This document shows positions 52,624 through 64,000 of a DNA stretch of 64,000 nt, one piece after another. Source of the stretch: Octopus vulgaris. Taxonomy: Eukaryota. The translations under genes were made by a program, and so were the position numbers. The first letter of the stretch is position 1. Each line of letters starts with the position of its first letter. The notes beneath the pieces are model-generated. The model saw only the letters and a program-made list of their open reading frames with translations, searched no databases and had not been told where the DNA came from. The stretch is taken from the NCBI GenBank assembly GCA_951406725.2, contig OX597825.1, positions 57,164,001 through 57,228,000 on the forward strand. Reading direction: 5' to 3'.

Positions 52624-52704
52624 AGCTATGATGAAGCTATAGTATGTTATCCTGGCACTCAGCTAGGATTCCACCACATCCTGTAGCAGAAACAGCTGTA
52701 AGCT
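52624..52704 (+). ncRNA. Type-I hammerhead motif (C3 mutated to A), long stem II, GUA site
   Basis: AGCT | aTGATGA | A-GCTATAG...CTGTAGC-A | GAAA | CAGCTG | TA | AGCT; related 3' half at ~3342-3365. Confidence 0.6.
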
Positions 52705-52827
52705 AGTGAAATTCATCACATAACTTCCATTGTCATCTCTTTGTTTTATATATATATATGTATATTCTTTTACTTGTTTCAGTTATTTGACTGCGGCCAT
52801 GCTGGAGCACCACCTTATATTATATAA

Positions 52828-53035
52828 TATTTTTGTTAATATTTAGCAGAAGTAACAAAGTGACTCAAGGTCTGAGAGTTTTGTGTGTTGACACTTATCA
52901 AAGTTTGATAAGTGCCAAAGCTTCAAGCTCTCAGACCTTGAGTCACTCTGTTACTTCTGCTAGATATTCATAAAAATATACATATACTCATATTTTGAGT
53001 TTTATTTTTCCTGTTTGCATCAACATACTTGTAAT
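52828..53035 (+). mobile_element. Penelope-type fold-back element with decayed U3-A8-type motif
   Basis: Arms 52828-52902 / 52904-52980 plus 3' extension; TTGATAA-GTGC.. at the centre of both arms. Confidence 0.65.
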
Positions 53036-53064
53036 ATATATCATATATATTATATCATGTAAGA

Positions 53065-53428
53065 GATATCGAAATTGTTCAACATCAGTGGAAATTGTAG
53101 CTGTGATACCAGTACCGGTGGCACATAAGAGAACCATCCGAACGTGACTGTTGCCAGCACTACCCCGACTGGCCTCCATGCCGGTGGCACGTAAAAAGCA
53201 CCATCCGATTGTGGCCATTGCCAGCCTCGTCTGGCACCTGTGCAGGTGGCACGTAAAAAGCACCCACTACACTCACGGAGTGGTTGGCGTTAGGAAGGGC
53301 ATCCAGCTGTAGAAACACTGCAATATCAGACTGGGTCTGGCACAGCCTTCTGGCTTCCCAGACCACAGTTGAACCATCCAACCCATGCTAGCATGGAAAA
53401 CGGACGTTAAACGATGATGATGATGATA
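53065..53428 (+). mobile_element. RTE 3' UTR fragment with three hairpin units
   Basis: Same subtype as 5830-6060; (GAT)n tail. Confidence 0.85.
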
Positions 53429-53680
53429 TATATATATATATATATACACATACACACATACATGCATATATATACTTTACCACTTTTACATTATAACATA
53501 CACATATGTATATATATGCTGGTGGTATGTAAAAAGCATCATTTAAGCGTAACCGATGCCAGTACTGCCTGACTGGCTCCTGTCCCAGTGGCATGTAAAA
53601 GCACACGCTACACTCTCAGAGTGGCTAGCATTATGAAGGGCATCAATTTTCGGATGTTGGGTCATTTTCATTTTTTCCGA

Positions 53681-53754
53681 TAGCCAGATAACTGAAGAGA
53701 TGGCGGCGTGGATTTCCACCCCGACATCCGAAACTTGGAATTTTATCATGGCTA
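53681..53754 (+). ncRNA. Type-I hammerhead motif, CUGAAGA core, long stems I and II
   Basis: TAGCCA-GATAA | CTGAAGA | GATGgCGGcGTGGA-TT-TCCACcCCGaCATC-C | GAAA | CTTGGAA | TT | TTATC-a-TGGCTA; a short inverted copy at 53645-53661 is consistent with a PLE 5' inversion. Confidence 0.65.
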
Positions 53755-53899
53755 CTGAATAATTGTCACATATTACATTTACGGATAAATTCCTCTATTT
53801 GCATAATATCGCGCTCTCTTTTATTCTTTTGTTGTCTTACCATTTCTATCAATATATACATATATATATATTTACATACATACATACATATATATATAT

Positions 53900-56184
53900 A
53901 AATCCTTAAATCCTTAAAAATGTTTTAGCCCGAAGGCCGTGGCCATGCTGGGGCACCACCGCTGAATGAGCTACACTAATTTGTGAATCCACCTCTGATA
54001 CGTGGCACTTGATCAACAAGGGAGTTCGATGCTGCTGCCCGCATCCGCGTCTCCTGTCATGAGGTAGGCTCATCTGGGACTCCCGACAAGAAGAGATCCA
54101 GTTTAGTTTTAAAGAAACCCACATCCACACCATGTAAGTCTCTCAGGCATTTAGGGAGGATGTTAAAGAGCTGTGGTCCTCTGAAACCCAAGCTGTTGCA
54201 GTATCTGGACCTGTATTTTGATGGTGATGTTGGAATCCTTGGCACCATGCAGTGGCGCCCCGTTCTGCGGTTGGAGTAACTTTGAATGCCAAAGATTGGG
54301 ACAAGACCCTCCAGGATTTTCCAGATGTATATTACCGCATATCTCTCCCGCCTCCGCTCTAGGGAGAAGAGGTTTAATACCTTCAGTCTTTCCCAGTAGC
54401 TGATATTTTGCATTGAGACGATTTTCTTTGTGTAGCTTCTCTGAATCGCTTCGAGTTCTGTTGTTAGTTTTATATTGTGTGGTGACCAAAGTTGGGAGCA
54501 GTAGTCCAAGCGGCTGAGGACGAATGTTTTCCATAGGACCATCAGTGTCTCCTTCTCTCTTGTTCTGAAAGTTCGGAGAATCCATCCATCTAGCCGTCTG
54601 CATTTTATCACCAGATTAGCAATATGCATTTGGAAAGATGCATCATTGCTCATGTCAATGCCCAGGTCACGCACTGATTTTGACTTAGGGATTGCAATTC
54701 TTCCTGGGCCAGTGTATCCAGTCTTCACGTCATTTACCTTTGTGTGCCAGTAGCGCAGGGCCTGGAACTTACCTGCATTAAACTGCATGTTGTTGTCCTC
54801 AGCCCACCTGTATATTGTGTCCAGCTCATGTTGCAGATGCGCAATATTTTCAGGGTTTTGTATTGCGTGGGAGACTTTTGTGTCATCTGCATAGCTAGCA
54901 AGGGTGGTCATCGTAGCAACTGAAGGCATGGCTGAAAGGGCCACTATGAACATCAGTGGCCCCAAGACAGTGCCCTGTGGGACACCGCTTGTTATTTGCG
55001 TTTCCTTGGAGGTGGATCCATTGCTCACAACTGCCTGTTTTCTGTCTTTTAGGAAGTTGTGCAGCCACTCTCCAAGTTTCCCGCCTATGCCGAGACCACG
55101 CAGTTTGTGACAGATCATACCATGGTCGACTTTATCAAAGGCTTTTGCAAAGTCGAGATATATTACATCCACATTTGAGCCATTTAGTAGCTGTTTCAAC
55201 ACCCAGTCATAGTGTTGCAGGAGCTGTGTTAGGCAGCCTCTACCTGGTCGAAATCCATGCTGGGTGTCAGACAGCAAGTCATTTTCTTCAAGGAACATGA
55301 TTAGTTTCTTACGGATTATTCATTCCATGACTTTGCTGATGTGTGAGGTCAGAGAGATAGGCCTATAATTTTTAGCATCTGCTCTGCTACCTCCCTTATG
55401 GATAGGGCATATTACCCCCTCTTTCAATTTGACTGGGAGCTTACCACATGCAAGAAAGCTCTGAAAAAGAAGCTGTAGCGGTTTTGCAAGGGCTCGTTTG
55501 CACGATTTGAGAAGGATCGCTGGGAATCCATCAGGTCCAGCAGCTGAGTTTGTGTCAATCTCATCAATGGCTAGTGTGATATCATCATCTTCGATGTTGA
55601 TGTACTCAATTTTTGTCTCTTTGGCCGTAGGTGAAGTGGCAAAGAATTCTTCTGGGTTGTTTACTTGCCTGTGTCCTAGAGGTGTAGTGAACACACTTTG
55701 GAACTGTTCGTTCAGTATTTCACTTATCCTCGTGGGATTTCCTGTGAGAGAGCCATCTTTTTGGAAGAGAGGTCCTATTCTCTGGTGCACTGTGGCTGTC
55801 TCTTTGGCAAACTTAAAGAAAGCTTTAGGGTTTGATTTTATATTTTCTATTACCCAAGCTTCTTTATCTGCTCTCTCCTTTTCATGGGACTGATGTAGAC
55901 TTTTCTCAGTTTCCATTAGCATTCTTTCGAGCCGAGACTTCTCACCACTTTTGGTGTGCTTGCTCAGGCGGTTTGCAATCCTTGTCCGTCGTCTCATAAG
56001 AATCCTCCTTTCTCTAGGGATCCTGTTTTTGTTCTTGTGTGTGCTGGCCCTGCACACTGGGACATATTTGTCACATATGGCTTGTATTATGGACATGAAG
56101 TGTTTGTGTTTCATGTTTATGTCCGGTGTGGAGAGACATTCAGGCCAATCCTGTTTGAGGATCTCTTTCTCAATCAACTTCCAT
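53900..56184 (-). mobile_element. Young 5'-truncated CR1-group LINE
   Basis: RT ORF; short 3' UTR with (AAGGATTT)n tail; (TA)n on both flanks. Confidence 0.92.
53967..56183 (-). pseudogene. CR1-group reverse transcriptase (AAGPDG, NYRPISLTS, QHGFR, YLDFAKAFD, GVPQGTVLGP, YADD)
   Basis: ORFs 55320-56333 and 54057-55298 are in one frame separated by a single TGA; a second TGA at 54057 appears premature. The N-terminal part of the listed ORF is microsatellite read-through. Confidence 0.9.
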
Positions 56185-56254
56185 ATATAAATATAAATAA
56201 ATATATATATATATATAAATATATATATATATACACACATACACACACACACAC

Positions 56255-56297
<43 letters not shown>

Positions 56298-56625
56298 GTA
56301 ATCAAAAGAAGAAGACAGAAAATTCTTTAACACTTCTTTAATTATAAGTTACAAAGTTACAAATGTTTCTGTACCATCTTCCTTTTCAATGACGGTTTAC
56401 ACAAAAATTTTAAAAGAAAAGTTGCATAATATTTGTGGTTTTAGGCATTGGAGAAGTACTCCCTCAGACTTGCATCAATATCATACTATTACATTTTGCA
56501 TATATCAAACCTTGTTCTTAGGAAAGTACTGGGAAGAAATAAAAAATAAAAAATAAAAAGTGTGTATGTAGGATGAGTCTGTGGGGGAAGATATTATGTG
56601 GGAGAACAGGAATCAGTGGGCATTG

Positions 56626-57381
56626 TTAACTTTCTAGCTCACTTCTGCTGTTTACAGCACTGCTTGGAAGAAAGCTGTGTAGTGTGTGATCATCGCATTG
56701 ACTATGACAGAGAAAGTTGTCATCACGATACCTGCTCAGAGGCCTGTGCAAGTTGAAGAAAGTGTATGGAGAGGAGTGTATGAGTGATTCAGATGTTTCC
56801 AAGATGGCAAAAAACATATGTTGATATTGACAAACATTCTGGGAGACCTGCAACCAGCAGAACTGAGAAAACATCGCAGATGTGTGTGCAGCTGTGAGGG
56901 GAAATCATTGAATTACCATTTGTGAATTTTCAGAGGAAGTGCAAATTAGTTATGGTTCAGTTCAGTCCATTATCACTGAAGATTTAGGTATGAAATGTGT
57001 GTCTGCCAAGTTTGTGCCAAAACTACTTTCAGCTGACCAAAGAAAAAAACACTTAGATTTCAGTTGTACAAAATCTCCTTGATTGTGTCAAGCACAATGA
57101 AAACTTTTTGAAAACTTTGCATAAGCCTCTGAGCCGGTATTGCCAAGCTTTTGGCAAAATTTGATGCAGATTCTCTGCTCAACTTTTTCTGTCATGCAAC
57201 CATCACATGCAACACACATTCCTTCCATACACTGCTGTAAACAGCAGAAGTGAGCTACAACATTAACACTTGGTGTGCATGCACAGCAGAGTTTAAGGTC
57301 AATCTGTGCTGAATGGCTTTACTCATGTGCTTTAGCTTCATTACTATGGTAACAGTCTGGATACTTATTGATCAGATCATG
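56626..57381 (+). mobile_element. Non-autonomous mariner derivative with inverted duplicate of its 5' end
   Basis: HSGRPATSRT..EDLGMKCVSAKFVPKLL N-terminal transposase remnant; 56626-56720 is inverted at ~57180-57268. Confidence 0.7.
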
Positions 57382-57389
57382 TATATGTA

Positions 57390-57441
<52 letters not shown>

Positions 57442-57528
57442 ATCCAAACAAGAAAGCACAAAAAAACAACAACAATGCGAGGACGTGGAACAAATATAGT
57501 ATTATTGGATGCTCAGGAAAGAAGGAGG

Positions 57529-57563
57529 GTTTAATGTTTTGAGCGGAGCTCTTCGTCGGAAAC
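57529..57563 (-). ncRNA. Minimal hammerhead motif (decayed) in a Penelope-type fragment at 57438-57645
   Basis: GTTT | CcGACGA | A-GAGC-TCC-GCTC | aAAA | CA | TT | AAAC; the fragment abuts (TA)n. Confidence 0.5.
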
Positions 57564-57699
57564 ATAGGAGAAGGAAAGATCCAGAGAAGGGAAGACAGAG
57601 GAAAAAAAATCGCCAATGGTACACATGCGGTCACATTTTGAATGTTTACTTCTTGTAAACAGCATACACCTAATTTTTTGATATTATGATATATATATA

Positions 57700-57746
<47 letters not shown>

Positions 57747-58957
57747 TAATATCAGAGTAATAAAGTGTGTGTGTGTGTATACACACACAAACATATATGC
57801 TTATATATGTACATGGATCAATTAAATACTTTATCTTGCCTTTAATACAGAAAAATATGTTATGTTGGTACTGTCACAGTCCTACCTGATGTGTGACTCA
57901 TCTAAGAATTGAGACACTCAAAACAAACTAGATTCTTTACAGTAAGTACCCTTGAAAAGATATACTTCTAAGAATTTAGACACAATAAACAAACCCACAG
58001 ATGTACTGTAACTATGGCCACATTATCAGCAAACTGAGCATTATCATAGGGATATGGCTTCTCAACTATAATGAAGGTAAACCAGACCAGGAGAATTTTC
58101 ACATTGAACATGGAAGAGATGTAGTCACTGCAATCCACAGTGAAGATATGCAGAATCTCTGACTAGGATAGCAGGAATTCTGTCTAGAAGACTATTAATT
58201 TTTATTAATAAGTGTGGATACAGTGTAAAAGTAACACTCTCTAATGTTAGAGGTATGATAAACTGTATCCGTTGGATGCATCCAGCCAATGAAACCATAT
58301 TAAGATTATGACAGTGAAGCATCTTGTGTACACAGTATGAATGATCACCACATCAGTGCTGAACGCGATAGCTGGGTAGTTAGGTAGGACCATCTAGTCC
58401 TGTGTGAGAACATTTTGATCTTTATCTCCCAATCATATCAGCTTTCCTTTCTTTTTTTCATAAACAGAAAACAGACATCAAACAACTAGCACAGCAACAC
58501 TGGAAACGTTGTATCTTCTGTAGGCATGTAAGATATAAAACTTCAGAGCTGCTGCCATCACAATGTTATCACAATGAAAGGTAGGTCTGGACACATTATA
58601 GAACTGCTCGAGGGAAGGCAATGAGGTGTATGCTGCTTACAAGAGGTAAGATAGAAAGGAGTCTCAGCCAAATTCCTCATGGGCAAGGAATATCATCATC
58701 ATCATCATCATCATCATCATTTAATGTCCAGTTTTCCATACTTACATGGGTCAGACAGAATTCATTGAGGCAGATTTTCTATAATCAGATACCTTTACTG
58801 TCACCAACACTCGCTTGTTACCTGCGAAGGCAATATTTCCAAGGCCTGACATGTTTCTCACAGAGGACTGGAAATGAAGAACATTCTTCATTTGATGGTG
58901 ATGATTGTTTATTACCATCATGTGATATCAAGAAAAGGAGGTGCACAAATACACATT

Positions 58958-59393
58958 TCATCATCATCATCATCATTTAATGTCTGTTTTCCATGCTGGC
59001 ATGGGTTGGATGGTGTGATAGGCGCTGGTAAGGCTGAGAACTGCACCAGGCTCCATTGTCTGTTTTGGCATAGTTTCTACAGCTGGATGCCCTTCCTAAT
59101 GCCAACCCCTTTACAAAGTGTACTGGATGCTATTTATGTGGCACTGGTACTGACAGGGTCACCAAGCAATTTACACGACAAAACTCCTTGGTTGGAAGAG
59201 GGAAAGTAGTATTGAGGCGGAGGTGGCTTTGTGCCAGTTGAGAGATTAAAGGAATTGATTCACAAGGATGGGAGTCTTGTGGTAGAGTAGATACATGGAT
59301 ACTCCAGTTGGAAGAGAAGGAGATCAAGTTAGAGAGTATGATTAAGAGAACGAGTGATTGAGAGAGTAAGATAAAGAGAGCAATAGTGAGAGA

Positions 59394-59430
<37 letters not shown>

Positions 59431-61680
59431 TGGTGAAGATGTGTCAAGACATGCCTTTATGGGACACTGGGGATGGTGAGAATAAGTGAGGTGATGCAGA
59501 GCTTTGGATAGAGTGAGTAGGCAGGAAAAATGTGGCTGAAGCAAATGATGGAGTGAAATATAGGAGAAGCTCAGGGATGGGGGATGCGGTAAATACATGA
59601 TGGCATTGAGAATGATAACAGGTAAGAGAGGTATTAATGATGGAGAGGCAAAAAGGCACAGAAAGGTGTTGATTGGTGGAGACAGTAGGTGGAAGAAGAT
59701 AATGGAAAATGGAAGTGGTTTGGGGAGGAGGAAGGCAACTAAGAAAGTAGGGGTATATAATAAGAGCTTACTTTGCTCTCAGGTGATAGAGAAGTGATAG
59801 GTGTTAGGAGATGAAGTGTGAGAGATAAAAGATCAGAGAGGATGGAGGATGGAAGCAGGGATGGAGCAGAGTTCTTCAAGGACGAGCATTACCAATGGCA
59901 TTTAGGATATCAATTCTGCTGTGGTGGACCAGTCTTCCAGAGTACAGCAAGACACCAGATATCTTTGCCGTTTCCTTCGTTAGGATCAGTGTCTTGAGAT
60001 CAGCCTTCAGTACTTCGGCAGTTGTCTTCCTGGGCCTCCCTCTCCATGAGTTCCATCTACTTTAAGTGATTGGCACTTCTTTATCCAACTGTCTACATGT
60101 ATACACATCACATGACCAAACCAGCCCAGTCATCTCTCTTGCACACTACATCTAATTTCTCTTAACTTTTCTCTCAATACATTAGCACTCTGTCACACAT
60201 GTACACTGACATTGCTCATCCAACAGAGCATACTAACTTCATTCTTCCTTAGTCTTTGCATGTCCTCTGCATTCAGGGCCTACATCTCACTAACATGTAG
60301 CATTGCTGTTCATACACATGCACCATACAATCTTCCTTTCACTCAGAGAGAGAGAGAGAGAGAGAGACTTTTGGTTGCCAACAGAGGTAAAAGCTCTCTG
60401 AATTTTCTCCATCCTATTCTTATTCTAGCAATTACACATTCCTTACATCCTCTCCACTGCTAATTTGGTCCCCTAAGTTGCAGAAATTATCCACTACCTC
60501 TGGAGATCCTGCAGGCCATTTGAGAAAAATCAATTTATATCTGTAGACTTTATGGCTCCTGTGTATCATTCACATACAAACACTGCCTTCTCTGACAACC
60601 ATCCTATTATTCCACTGTACTTCTTGTGTGTCCATAGCTTGCAGTGGGTACATCATATGAAATTCCTGCTTGCACCTTTGCTACATATCAAGCAGGGCAA
60701 TTTACCTGAAATGGGTAATGGCTTGTCTCTTCTCTTGCTTACTAGAACTTTGGTCTTTGCTAAGTTAACCTTGAAGCCCTTCAATTCCAGGTTTTGCTTC
60801 CATACATGGAATTTCTTTTCGAGTTCTGTTACAGAATCTGCTATGAGAGCAAGATTATCAGCATATTGCAGTTCCCAGGGGCAAGTGATCTTGAATTCCT
60901 CTGTTATGGCTTAGATGACAATAATGAGAACCAAACCCTGATGAATGCCTTCCTACACACTAAATTCCTTACTGGACTCATGGTTAACTCTCACCTTACT
61001 GACAGAGCCTCTGTGCATGGCCTGTACAACTTTCACAAATCATTCATCTATGTCTAGCTTCCTCAGAGCATACCATATCACACAGTGGGGTACTCTGTTG
61101 AAGGCTTTCTCCAGGTCAACAAATGCCAAATATAATGGTTTATTCTTAGCCACATACTTCACCTGTAGTTGTCTGACTATAAAGATAGCATCAGTAGTGC
61201 TTCTCCCTGGCACAAAACCAAACTGCATTTCATCTAATCTGATTCTGTTCTAATTAATTTGGCTATCACTCTTTCTGTAACTCCCATGACCTGATCTGGC
61301 AATTTCATACCTCTGTGATTACTTCAATCTAAGGCATCTCCCTTACCCTTGTAGCAGCTGACTATAATGCTGCTACACCAGTCATTAGGGATGACACGTT
61401 CCTGAATAATTTGATTAATTATATGGGTGTCAAGACCGTATCCTACTCCACCCAATATTTTAAGCATCTCAACAGTAACTCCTGATGGACCAGGGTTTTT
61501 CCTTATCTTCAGAACCCTAATAGCCTTATCTATCATACTGCTGTTGACTGGAATAACTGGTCCTTTTGTTGGATTCACACAGGGGAGGCTCTCTTTCTCC
61601 CATTCATTTTCTACATTTGATAGCCTTTCATAGTAGCACTTCTACATCTCTTTCTTTTCAGAGACACTAAGTGCAAGCAT
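58958..61680 (-). mobile_element. Older RTE LINE with ~1-kb GA-rich 3' UTR
   Basis: ORF fragments KNPGPSG, QFGFVPGRSTTDAIF, FVDLEKAF; RTE tail plus (CAT)n at 58958-59150. Confidence 0.85.
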
Positions 61681-62540
61681 ACAGATTCTTCTGTGTGGTG
61701 TATGTATATTATTGGTAGAAATAGGGATAAATAAAGCAATTGATGCAATTAAAATATGAAACAGAATAGTTAACACAACAGCAACAGCTGTCACTGCATA
61801 TCTGCATATCCACACCAATTATGACTGACAGATGAACAAAGGACTATTTCTATGAGGCCCTCATGCAGACTATAAATGACAGCAATATTTTATTACAGCT
61901 ATTGGCTTTAATGCATATATTGGGTAATACCATGATGTCTACTCTGGTGTAGATGGAGGCTATGGATATGGTACAAGGAAAGCAGAGACCAAAGTTCTTG
62001 GAATTCTGATACAAATAACCTTATCATAGGCAGAGGTAACTTTAGGAAACCAGCTAATCACCTGATCACATACAATCAATTGAATACCCATATACAAGAG
62101 GAAATAGCAATTTGTTGTGAATACTAAAATCCTTCTCAGTGAAGAATGTTCCACTTAACATAAATTAATGACCATTAATTTCATGTTAAGAGCTATATGG
62201 ACCCAAGAGCAATCACAAGACAATCCAGAGAGGAAAATCATGGAAGGTGAAAGCTCCCTCAACCATTCGTAGCTTTAAAGAAATAATAGATAATGCATGT
62301 AACTAAAAGGAAGAGGAGTATGAGATAGAGATTTATAGCATGTAAATCAATTGGGAATTTCTATAAGACAGCATGTTGTAAGCCACAAAACAGACCTGTG
62401 GCAGTATATGCAAGTGAAAATTGGAAGAGTAATGCAAATAATAAACACTATTTTCCCTCTTACTATTTTGTTTCATTTCGAAAAATAAAAATTTATTCTA
62501 TGGTTTGTTATTGTTTATATTTTGAATTACATAATCCTTA

Positions 62541-62704
62541 ATGGGGGCACCAAAATCTTTTAAGCGCTTAGGGCCTCGATGGGTCTTAATCCAGCCCAGC
62601 CACCACCATTATAAAATGGTATGGGGGCACCAAAATCTTTTAAGCGCTTAGGGCCTTGATGGGTCTTAATCCAGCCCAGCCACCACCATTATAAAATGGT
62701 ATGG
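62541..62704. repeat. 80-bp tandem duplication containing a hAT-like terminus
   Basis: ATGGGGGCACCAAAATC...GTCTTAATCCAGCCCAGCCACCACCATTATAAAATGGT twice, one mismatch. Confidence 0.9.
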
Positions 62705-63587
62705 CTTTCACCAAAGGGTTTGAAGAAAATCTCAATCTTACTAGTTCTAAGAAAGAAAGTACAAAGTACACATTGTAAAGTGGTTGGCATTAGGAAGGAC
62801 ATCCAATTATGAAAACCATGCCAGAGCAGATAATGGAGCATGATGCTGTTCTCAGACTCATCAGATCCTGTCAAACCAACCAACCCATACCTGCATGGAA
62901 CATGGTCATTAAACAATGATAATAATGTAATAATGACGGTGGTCATATCAGAAATGAAGATAACTAAACAATATCTTCGTGAAGACTCCAGAACGTAATA
63001 ACGAATGAAGCATACGACTGTTTGGGTCATATACTGCAGAAGCTAAATCACCAGTTTGTGAAAAATAGCACTGAGACAGACATGAACAGGGGGAAACAGA
63101 GAAGATAGGGAAAAGCATGGGTCACATGATACCAAACCTGTAAGAAGAAATTGAAGCTTATCTACAGACACTGGGTAAACATAGAGCATACAGCCAATTG
63201 GAACACTGGAGGAGAACAGCCTAGTAATATGCAAGCATGCTTGAGATAGATTGGGAGTGCTTAGCTGTTCCAGTCTCTTGATCACCCACTGTAATGCTGC
63301 TAATGTATTGGATTGATTTGAAAACTTTTTAGCGGGAAATACTATCAGTTTTGGTTGTAGTGTATAACCGTTGGAGTGTCTAGACCAGTATTTCTTAAAC
63401 TTTTCTATCACTGGCCCCATTTTGATTTTCCAAAAAACCATGTGACCCACTATGAACAAAGTTAATATCACACACATATATGTATCTTTGTGTGTGTGTG
63501 TATATATATATATGTGTGTATATATATATATTTGTATATACACACACACATTTATTTATACATATATAAGTATGCATATGTATATAT

Positions 63588-63640
<53 letters not shown>

Positions 63641-64000
63641 CAACAGAGGCAATATTAATAGTAGGGATTAATATCTATCCCCACTTAGAATTAGTTGTTT
63701 TGTTAGAACAAACTATACTGTGGTAGCTTTAAGTAAATTTTAAGTAAACCCTTCTTGCAGCTTTTATCGACTTATTACTTACACCTGATTCAAAAGTAAC
63801 CCCTACCATGCCAAATTATTCCACTTCCCCCACTGTTAGGGTGTTTTACTCTCACCTAGAAAAAAAAAGACTACTCTAGGCCATTTTAATGAATATTTAT
63901 TGTAATTTTAATTTTACTTTGATAAATTATATACTAACAGATCACATCCTTTCTAATATTTTCATATTGACATACACAGGAACAGGTATGGTTGTGTGTT

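Noticed and set aside
56290-56625. Further possible Penelope-type fragment with hammerhead (minus-strand TTGAAAA...GAAA)
   Set aside because: Stems could not be formed convincingly.
57900-63330. Scattered Hero/NeSL-like LINE remnants (57900-58630, 61700-62420, 62950-63330)
   Set aside because: Too decayed to assign motifs or boundaries by eye.

Overview
AT-rich, microsatellite-dense eukaryotic DNA made almost entirely of transposable elements, with no intact host gene. The repeat set is most consistent with an octopus (coleoid cephalopod) intron or intergenic region; this assignment is inferred, not verified. Recognisable elements: several 5'-truncated RTE LINEs with (GAT)n tails, two CR1-group LINEs, Dong/R4-like and Hero/NeSL-like remnants, a decayed Ty3/Gypsy, a Penelope-like element with a GIY-YIG domain, full-length mariner and Tc1 copies, hAT remnants and MITEs, and three tRNA-derived SINE families. 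Most ORFs in the supplied track are microsatellite or antisense artefacts. The most striking signal is about ten short, mostly mutually dissimilar, Penelope-type (pseudo-LTR, fold-back) inserts, mostly beside (TA)n tracts. Each carries a minimal type-I hammerhead-ribozyme-like motif, and the cores include canonical C3-G8 and compensatory U3-A8 and G3-C8 variants. One abuts a poly(T)-flanked 745-bp local duplication. All folds and alignments were read by eye and need computational confirmation.
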